Sequence record: SRR31156797_4070 | DNA length: 58,055 bases | Strand: one strand, 5' to 3' | Shown: positions 50,982-58,055 of the stretch, piece after piece | Position numbering within the stretch: position 1 is the first letter of the stretch | Layout of the letters: every line of letters starts with the position of its first letter | Program-made: the position numbers and the translations under genes | Notes under the pieces: generated by a model | The model's input: only the letters and a program-made list of their open reading frames with translations | Database searches by the model: none | What the model was told of the DNA's origin: nothing

Positions 50982-51835
50982 TATACTAATCCTCTTCCTG
51001 TAAATTTGATGAAAACATCCTCCAGCGATGATTCCTGAGTATGCATACTAAAAATTTTCTTGTTTCTTATAATTTCTGCAAAATCGTTATTCTCCCCAAT
51101 ATCAGATAGTGCAAATGATTTTGATACACTGCTTCCATTATCTGCATAGCTTATATCGACGTATTCTTTGCCATGCTCCCTCATCAGAGTTGCTGGATTA
51201 TCAATAGCGGATATACTTCCTTCATTTATAAATGCTACTCTGTCGCATATCTGCTCAGCAACAGTCATATTGTGAGTTGTCATAAATATTGCCTTGTTCT
51301 GCTCTTTCATCTGCAGTATCATATCCTTTATAATCTTTGCATTTACCGGGTCAAGTCCGCTGGTAGGTTCATCAAAGAACATAATATCCGGATTGTGTAA
51401 TATGCTTCTGATAAAGTTAAGCCGCATCTTCATTCCCTTTGAGTAGCTCTCAACCTTATTATCTTTATCCTTTAACAGCCCAACTCTATCCAGATATTCA
51501 TAAATGTCTTTTGGCTGTTTTTTATAATAAGCTGATATAAGGTTCAGGTTTTCTTCACCTGTTAATTTAAGATATAAATTTGGAAAATCAAAAGCCACAC
51601 CAATACGCTCAAAGAACGATGTGTCCCATTGACTTCTTTCTTTTCCCATGATATCAATCTCTCCGCTATATCCAGTTAACAGCCCGATAATCAGTCTCTG
51701 TGTAGTAGTCTTTCCTGCGCCGCTAGGTCCTAAGAAGCCAAACACCTCGCCTTTACTAATAGAAAAATCCACATCTTTTACAGCGTGCTTTTTTGACTTT
51801 GAGTATACAAAGTTCAGATTGCTTATGTTAATCAT
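50981..51835 (-). CDS. ABC transporter ATP-binding protein
   Basis: GPSGAGKTT, YSKGMK, DEPTSGLD; start at ATG 51835 after GGAGGA. Confidence 0.93.
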   Translation of the reverse strand: MINISNLNFVYSKSKKHAVKDVDFSISKGEVFGFLGPSGAGKTTTQRLIIGLLTGYSGEIDIMGKERSQWDTSFFERIGVAFDFPNLYLKLTGEENLNLISAYYKKQPKDIYEYLDRVGLLKDKDNKVESYSKGMKMRLNFIRSILHNPDIMFFDEPTSGLDPVNAKIIKDMILQMKEQNKAIFMTTHNMTVAEQICDRVAFINEGSISAIDNPATLMREHGKEYVDISYADNGSSVSKSFALSDIGENNDFAEIIRNKKIFSMHTQESSLEDVFIKFTGRGLV

Positions 51836-52436
51836 TATCTCCTCCATTAAATAAACCAAGAATACCTATTACGTTATATAAAATTAATTCAACAAATAGC
51901 TCCTCACGTATCTTAATATCATGTGTATTATTTGCAATATTCAGCAGACCCTCAACCAATTGCACAGCTATGACTTCTCCCATTTGTAAAAGCTTATAAT
52001 CTGTTTCCTTTCGAATATGTTCCAGAAAATGATGTTTCAATACACTGATTAGTTCCTGCTTGCTGTTCTCATACTTTGTACCTCTGCTTTTATCCAATAG
52101 CAATATCAGTCTCTCATCCATAAATGGCAGCAATTGTTTTGACGCCTTTGCTGTTAACTCTCTGATTAACTCAATATTCTGTAAATTATAGATTCTCCTA
52201 TCTGCTTCCATATCCTTATGATTGTCTATGAAGTAAATAAAAGCATCATGCAATTCATCTACCAATTCAGAGAATATAGCTTCCTTGCTTTCAAAATAGT
52301 TGTAGAAATTGCCTATGGTTGTATCGGCATTCTTTACAATAACTCTTATGGATGCTTTGTCATAGCCTTTTTCCATAAACTCTTTCTTAGCAGCTTCTAA
52401 TAGCCTTTCCTTTACGATATCCTTTTTTGTCTGCAT
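51828..52436 (-). CDS. TetR/AcrR-family regulator
   Basis: N-terminal HTH (FMEKGY..GNFYNYFESKE); AAGGAG RBS before ATG 52436. Confidence 0.92.
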   Translation of the reverse strand: MQTKKDIVKERLLEAAKKEFMEKGYDKASIRVIVKNADTTIGNFYNYFESKEAIFSELVDELHDAFIYFIDNHKDMEADRRIYNLQNIELIRELTAKASKQLLPFMDERLILLLDKSRGTKYENSKQELISVLKHHFLEHIRKETDYKLLQMGEVIAVQLVEGLLNIANNTHDIKIREELFVELILYNVIGILGLFNGGDND

Positions 52437-52456
52437 ATTTCTCCTTGTATCAATAA

Positions 52457-52504
52457 ATAACACTTGTTCTTTTTTATCTTATCAGAATACTTGTCATCTG
52501 TCAA
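52457..52504 (-). promoter_or_regulatory. Sigma-A promoter of tetR-ABC operon with two candidate operator sites
   Basis: TTGACA-17nt-TAAGAT; similar imperfect palindromes ATAACACTTGTTCT (52457) and AGAATACTTGTCAT (52484). Confidence 0.55.
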
Positions 52505-52626
52505 TAACTATAAATTCATTAAATGATTAGTACTCTGAAAATATATAAGTAAAGCGATTAGAAGTTTTTTCACAATAAAATATGTAATACATCAAAATAA
52601 TGCTATACTTTATAATTGACAATCAG

Positions 52627-52655
52627 TTGAGATTGCATCATATTTATTGTATAAT
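52627..52655 (+). promoter_or_regulatory. Sigma-A promoter of murL-murD2
   Basis: TTGAGA-17nt-TATAAT. Confidence 0.65.
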
Positions 52656-52692
52656 ATTAGGACGAACTAACAATAAAACCATTGAGGAGATT

Positions 52693-54054
52693 ATGATGGC
52701 CTCTTTTGATCCTAAGCAGTATCGAGATAAATATGCCCGCTTTATATTTGATAGATTTGAGATAAGCTCTGAAGGTGATGATACCTACATTTACTATTAT
52801 TATATTGCAAATTATGATAATATAAATACGAATTTTATGCATACAGTTAAGCTTTCAAATATTCAACTGGAAGAAGAAAATTCATTAATACAAAATATTG
52901 TATTTAATCTCGGCTTAATGGAGATGATTAATTACTATAAATTAATCGCACCAAAAAGCATTACACTAAACTGTGGATGTATATCTGCAGCCCAGTCAGT
53001 ATTCTGGCAGAAGCTGTACTTTCTGGGGTTAGGCGAATACAGATATCTGAATAATTTCTGTCTCGATATAAGGCAGGAGGATTTTGTTAGGTTTTCCAGT
53101 CAATCTTCTATTGGCTACCATCCTACGAACATTGAGACCTCAGGCAATATTATACCTGTAGGAGGCGGTAAGGACTCCTCCACTGTCCTCGGATTATTAC
53201 AGGATGAAATAGATAACACAAAATGCCTTATGGTAAATGCTTATCAGTGTGCCCTTGACTGCGCTCAGGCAGCCGGCTATACCGATGATGATATTATCCT
53301 CGTTGACAGGATTTTTGATAATCAGATGATTAAAATGAATGAAGAAGGATTCCTGAATGGACATGTGCCATACTCTGCAATCCTTGCATTTATCTCATTG
53401 TTGGTCAGTGCAGCTATGAAGAGAAAATATATAATTTTAGCCAATGAATCAAGCGCAAATGAGTCAACAGTACTAGGCACTGATATTAATCATCAGTATT
53501 CAAAGACATTGAAATTCGAGAGGGATTTTGATAGCTATGTAAATAAATTTATCACTCCCGATATCAAATATTTCAGTCTTCTTCGCCCGTGGGCAGAGGT
53601 AAAGATAGCTGAAACATTTGCAAAATTTCCAAAATTCCATTCTGCATTCCTAAGCTGCAACAAAGGTTTAAAGACAAATACTTGGTGCGGTAAATGTGCC
53701 AAATGTCTCTTTGTCTATATCATTCTTAGCCCATATATTGAGGAGAGCCGTCTGCAGCTGATATTCGGCAAAAATGTACTGGATGATAGTGAGCTGGAAG
53801 ACACTCTCAAGGAGCTATTAGGTTACGGAGATGTAAAGCCGTTTGACTGCGTAGGTACTATAAGCGAGGTAGAATATGCATTGCGTAAATTATTAGAAAA
53901 ATACATTGATAATAAATCAGATATGCCCTATCTCCTGAAGCAGTACAATGACAAATATATCACCAGAAGTTTGGTTACAGATGCTATATTAATGCCATCT
54001 ATATACCATAATGTACCTGATAAATTCCTTAAATACCTAGGAATTGGTGAATAA
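52693..54054 (+). CDS. murL: UDP-MurNAc-L-Ala-L-Glu epimerase (MurL-like)
   Basis: PP-loop GGGKDS, LNGHVP, NESSA, NHQYSK..FE, SCN..WCGKCAKC, KPFDCVG; coupled to a murD homolog. Confidence 0.82.
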   Translation: MMASFDPKQYRDKYARFIFDRFEISSEGDDTYIYYYYIANYDNINTNFMHTVKLSNIQLEEENSLIQNIVFNLGLMEMINYYKLIAPKSITLNCGCISAAQSVFWQKLYFLGLGEYRYLNNFCLDIRQEDFVRFSSQSSIGYHPTNIETSGNIIPVGGGKDSSTVLGLLQDEIDNTKCLMVNAYQCALDCAQAAGYTDDDIILVDRIFDNQMIKMNEEGFLNGHVPYSAILAFISLLVSAAMKRKYIILANESSANESTVLGTDINHQYSKTLKFERDFDSYVNKFITPDIKYFSLLRPWAEVKIAETFAKFPKFHSAFLSCNKGLKTNTWCGKCAKCLFVYIILSPYIEESRLQLIFGKNVLDDSELEDTLKELLGYGDVKPFDCVGTISEVEYALRKLLEKYIDNKSDMPYLLKQYNDKYITRSLVTDAILMPSIYHNVPDKFLKYLGIGE

Positions 54055-54064
54055 TCGAGGCAAT

Positions 54065-55453
54065 ATGGTAAGTAATCTGAACAAAATAGAAGAGAGATTG
54101 ATTGATAACAAAATACTAATAATTGGATTCGGTATTGAGGGTCAGTCTACCTATAGATTTATCCGTCACTTCAGCAAGGATACACATATCGGTATCTGTG
54201 ATAAAAATACAGATAATGTAAATGCATTCCTAGCAAAGCAGGATGATAATAATGTAGCAACATTCCTTGGAGAAGATTACCTGGAAAGAAATTACGATGA
54301 TTATAAATATATTTTCAAAACTCCCGGCATTCCAATTGAAAAACTAAAACATTTTACCAATCAAAGTGCTATAACCAGCCAGATTGATATGTTCTTGGAA
54401 TACTACGGTAATAAGGTTATCGGAATAACAGGTACAAAGGGCAAAAGCACGACAGCTTCTTTGCTCCACAAAATACTGATAGAACAAAATCAAAAATCAG
54501 TACTTGTAGGCAACATAGGCATACCTGCATTTGACATTATGATTGACGGCAGTGAGTACGACTACTATATCTGCGAATTATCCTCCCATCAGCTGGAAAC
54601 TGTCCAGTCATCCCCACATATCGGATTGATTTTAAATATCTATCAGGATCATCTTGACTACTATCAATCATACCAAAAATATATAGATGCTAAATTCAGA
54701 ATATTCTCTGCACAAAACTCAAAAGACTATCTGATAATTGGTGAAAATGTAGATATTAAAAGTAAAGATATAAAACCAAAGATTAAAACTATATCATTAG
54801 AAAGCATTAAAGTAAAAATTACATATACGAATGAACTAGGTAGTATTGATATATCACTTGACGAAATGATGCTTAAGGGTCACCACAATCTGATAAATCT
54901 GCAGTTTTGCTTATCTGTCTGTGAAATCTTAGAATCAGAGAATGAAAAAGATACACAAGTTATACATGATTTAAATGCACTAAAAGAATCCATTATAAAG
55001 TTTGAGGGACTGCCTCACAGAATGGAATATGTAGGCGAATATGATGGTATTCACTTTTATAATGATTCTATATGTACAATTCCAGAGGCTGCAATATCAG
55101 CTATTAAATCCTTTGACAATACAGACACTATCATCCTAGGTGGATTTGACAGAAAAATTGACTATACAGATTTATGCGAATTCTTGTCTAATAAGCCCAT
55201 ATCCAACGTTATTCTCCTACCTGATTCAGGCTACAGGATTTATGATGATTTGAAAAAATATGATACAAAAGGCTTACACATTTTCAAGGTCTATGATATG
55301 GACGAAGCAGTTATGATAGCCCTAAGATATACGAAAAAAGGCAAAACATGCCTGTTCTCTCCTGCCGCTGCCAGCTATACATTCTATAAAAATTTTATTG
55401 AGCGTGGTAATCACTTCAAGGATTGTGTGGCGCTATATGCTAGTCATGTGTAG
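54065..55453 (+). CDS. murD: MurD-family ligase (probably MurD2, L-Glu-adding)
   Basis: GITGTKGKSTT, ELSSHQL, DHLDY, LPHRME, YNDS, SPAAAS; start 54044 or 54065. Confidence 0.9.
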   Translation: MVSNLNKIEERLIDNKILIIGFGIEGQSTYRFIRHFSKDTHIGICDKNTDNVNAFLAKQDDNNVATFLGEDYLERNYDDYKYIFKTPGIPIEKLKHFTNQSAITSQIDMFLEYYGNKVIGITGTKGKSTTASLLHKILIEQNQKSVLVGNIGIPAFDIMIDGSEYDYYICELSSHQLETVQSSPHIGLILNIYQDHLDYYQSYQKYIDAKFRIFSAQNSKDYLIIGENVDIKSKDIKPKIKTISLESIKVKITYTNELGSIDISLDEMMLKGHHNLINLQFCLSVCEILESENEKDTQVIHDLNALKESIIKFEGLPHRMEYVGEYDGIHFYNDSICTIPEAAISAIKSFDNTDTIILGGFDRKIDYTDLCEFLSNKPISNVILLPDSGYRIYDDLKKYDTKGLHIFKVYDMDEAVMIALRYTKKGKTCLFSPAAASYTFYKNFIERGNHFKDCVALYASHV

Positions 55454-55473
55454 CAAGTGAACAGCTATTCTAA

Positions 55474-56250
55474 TCATATTACTGGTGTCCCCTGATGAAA
55501 GAACATTTTCCATTTTCCATCAGCCAATCGCCATAACGATGACCGTAATACTCTTTTTCCTTCTAATTCACTAATATATTTCACTTGAACAATATTATCA
55601 TGCAGGAAATTCACCTCAAAATCACTAATAGTATAATCTTTTGGTTCACAGCTTTTATAATGTTCTATAGCCTCACTGTAATTAATAATGCTGCCGCCGC
55701 TGCAATACTCAGTAAAATCTTCGGTAATATATTGTGACGCATCTTTAATTAATCTATTTGCTAATATCAACTCGTAATCATAAATCATTTTCTTATAATC
55801 TCTTATGGATATGAGCATATCTGCAAAGGAATGTATTGTTGCCTTGTCAGGGGGACTAATGTCATCAGGCAGCTTGTCAGCATCAAACCATGTGCATTCA
55901 ATGGTTTCCTCATTGCAGTCTATGATTTCTCCGCTAAAATCAGAGCAAAGAAAGTCTATGCTTATAATACTAGCTCTATCTCCATTCGGATAGGTGAAAT
56001 CTTTATCTGATGTGACCTTGTAAAATACAAGACTATTGGCAGTAAGCCCAGTCTCCTCAAATAATTCACGCTTTGCAGTATCTTCAATTTTCTCAAATAA
56101 TTCAACACAACCGCCTGGTATGCCATATAGTTTGTTATCACTGCGTCTTTGCAGTAGTATTTTATTATCCCTATAAACTAAGACACCAGCACCGCATAAT
56201 ATTAAAGGGTAGTTTCCTATCTTTTTTCTTATTTCTTCAACGTATCCCAT
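55474..56250 (-). CDS. NUDIX hydrolase fused to a C-terminal DUF4440/NTF2-like domain
   Basis: Nudix box GGCVELFEKIEDTAKRELFEETG; C-terminal RSSLWR..WKMFFHQGT. Confidence 0.85.
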   Translation of the reverse strand: MGYVEEIRKKIGNYPLILCGAGVLVYRDNKILLQRRSDNKLYGIPGGCVELFEKIEDTAKRELFEETGLTANSLVFYKVTSDKDFTYPNGDRASIISIDFLCSDFSGEIIDCNEETIECTWFDADKLPDDISPPDKATIHSFADMLISIRDYKKMIYDYELILANRLIKDASQYITEDFTEYCSGGSIINYSEAIEHYKSCEPKDYTISDFEVNFLHDNIVQVKYISELEGKRVLRSSLWRLADGKWKMFFHQGTPVI

Positions 56251-56398
56251 ATTTACCTCTATAATCTTAATGTGATTAATTGTAATAATTATCACTATTT
56301 CTACATTATTGATATTATAGCATATATTGTAAATGTTCTTTGTTAATATATCATTCTATATGTTTAGTAGTCCAAAATTGCAAAATGGCTAGTCATAA

Positions 56399-57769
56399 TC
56401 AATGTGCCAAATTCCTCATCCACTTATTCCCCAATATCCTAACAATACATGGAACAAGTCTCAAAACATCATAACCCATAGCAATTATCAACACTATCCA
56501 GTATGGTGCACCTAATACATTGCCTATAATATACATCAAAGGCAGTACAATACACCATAACGGAACTAGGTCCATCAGCATAGCATACCTAGTATCTCCA
56601 CCGCTTCGCAGGATACCTACAGTAGCAATTGCGCTAGTACCTCTGAACATAAGAAATCCGCTAAAGAGCATGATGTATACTTTAGCAATTTGCTTTACTC
56701 CAATAGATACCTTAAACAAAGCAAGGAGAGGATTAGAAATAACTAATAGGATTAACCCTAGTATCGCCCCCGCCACAAAACCAGTTATCAAGAATCTATA
56801 AGCATATCGTCTTGCTTTATCCTTTTTGTCACTGCCAATATATTTACCTACTGTTACAGCAGATGCCCCGGCAAATCCCCAATAGAATACCAATACGAAT
56901 GTCTCCACTACTTTTGCGATATTTACAGCTGTCAATAGTTCTGTACTCATTCTGCCATATACGGCAATAAATAATGTAGTTCCGATGCCCCATAATGTTT
57001 CAGTAGCCATTACAGGCAAGGAAGTCTTTAAGAATCGCAGGAAGAAATCCTTTGTAAAACTAAAAGCAGTCTTTATTCTGATTGCTACAGCCAGCTTCCT
57101 AGAGTATATTAGGAATATCATTAGCAATGCTTCGACAACTCTTGCAATGCATGTGGCTAGTGCTGCACCTACTACACCCATCTCCGGGAATACCCACAAA
57201 CCAAAAATAAGGAATGCATTTAATATTACATTTATTGAAAGTGAAACAACTGTAGTGAAAAAAGGTATTTTCACGCACTCGGTACTTCGTAGCGCTTGTC
57301 CCCAGGTCATAGTAACTGCACTGAAAAAATATGAAATACACACTATTCGAATATATTCAGCCCCTGCTTCAAGTACAGTTAAATCATCTGTAAACACACT
57401 CAATACAATCTTTGGAAATACTGCAACTATTATTGAGCCGATTATCATTATCGGTATTACAATACTCAAACCAATGCCTACGGATTTATGTATCCCATTT
57501 TCATCTTTACTTCCCCAATACTGAGATATGAATACAGATATACCGCTGGCTACACCAAACATAATCAGCTCAAAAACGAAGAAAACCTGATTGCTTATCC
57601 CAACAGCTGCAACAGCCACATCACCTATAGTAGAGACCATAACTGTATCCACCAGATTTACTGATGCATGGAGGAGATTTTGTAATATTATTGGCATAGA
57701 TATAGTCAATAGTATCCTAAAGAAATCTCTTCTCTCCCCTTCTGGTGCTCTTTTTAAAATTTTAAACAT
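56399..57769 (-). CDS. MATE family efflux transporter
   Basis: DTVMV, SQYWG, MGVVGAALAT, GILRSGGDT; about 12 TMs. Confidence 0.92.
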   Translation of the reverse strand: MFKILKRAPEGERRDFFRILLTISMPIILQNLLHASVNLVDTVMVSTIGDVAVAAVGISNQVFFVFELIMFGVASGISVFISQYWGSKDENGIHKSVGIGLSIVIPIMIIGSIIVAVFPKIVLSVFTDDLTVLEAGAEYIRIVCISYFFSAVTMTWGQALRSTECVKIPFFTTVVSLSINVILNAFLIFGLWVFPEMGVVGAALATCIARVVEALLMIFLIYSRKLAVAIRIKTAFSFTKDFFLRFLKTSLPVMATETLWGIGTTLFIAVYGRMSTELLTAVNIAKVVETFVLVFYWGFAGASAVTVGKYIGSDKKDKARRYAYRFLITGFVAGAILGLILLVISNPLLALFKVSIGVKQIAKVYIMLFSGFLMFRGTSAIATVGILRSGGDTRYAMLMDLVPLWCIVLPLMYIIGNVLGAPYWIVLIIAMGYDVLRLVPCIVRILGNKWMRNLAH

Positions 57770-57828
57770 ACCCTTGAATGCTCCATTTACATCTTTTTAC
57801 TTATATAACAACTAGAATATTATACAAT

Positions 57829-57863
57829 TAAAGACTGCTTGGAGTAAATTCTCCAAACAGCCT
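57829..57863 (-). terminator. Intrinsic terminator after rpmA
   Basis: Minus strand AGGCTGTTTGGAG-aattta-CTCCAAGCAGTCT-TT. Confidence 0.7.
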
Positions 57864-57889
57864 TCTGTGGTTAAATTATTGTGCACTTA

Positions 57890-58054
57890 TTATTGTGCTA
57901 CTGGATATACACTAACCTTTTTGCGCTTCTTGTCCTTACGCTCGAACTTTACCTGTCCGTCAATTAATGCAAACAGTGTATCGTCACCACCGATACCTAC
58001 ATTGTTACCTGGGTGAATTTTTGTACCACGCTGGCGAACTATAATGCTGCCACC
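57890..58054 (-). CDS. rpmA: 50S ribosomal protein L27, 3' part (runs off window end)
   Basis: Not in ORF track. Manual translation [54 protein letters not shown]. Confidence 0.95.
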   Translation of the reverse strand, partial: GGSIIVRQRGTKIHPGNNVGIGGDDTLFALIDGQVKFERKDKKRKKVSVYPVAQ

Positions 58055-58055
58055 T

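Noticed and set aside
128-57815. Numerous short ORFs antisense to or out of frame within real genes (e.g. 128-523, 8767-9186, 24962-25558, 56985-57524)
   Set aside because: Shadow ORFs of well-supported genes, with no RBS or recognisable motifs
1-58055. CRISPR array, tRNA/rRNA, prophage, integrase or defence system
   Set aside because: No spaced repeats, cloverleafs, or phage, recombinase or defence protein motifs recognised

Overview
AT-rich chromosomal segment of an endospore-forming Clostridia-like Firmicute (spoIIR, sleB-ypeB, abrB). It is mostly housekeeping and envelope genes: dapA-dapB-ktrB-ktrA-rqcH, a five-gene Na+-translocating biotin-dependent decarboxylase operon, M29 aminopeptidase, serS, aspartate kinase, secG-rpmE-DUF1385-prmC-prfA, azoreductase, sortase B, corA, an ECF sigma operon, YtrA-ABC and TetR-ABC transporters, MATE and the 3' end of rpmA. 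Interspersed are orphan surface/membrane genes, including two paralog pairs. I recognised no tRNA, rRNA, CRISPR array, prophage or intact transposase. Two items stand out. (1) An unannotated 27-codon leader ORF (MDADPGSR...) upstream of corA sits within mutually exclusive hairpins that can sequester the corA RBS and ATG, a probable MgtL-like Mg2+ translational attenuator. (2) A murL-murD2 operon suggests racemase-independent D-Glu incorporation into peptidoglycan in a clostridial genome. All assignments come from motif recognition by eye; no database searches were run.
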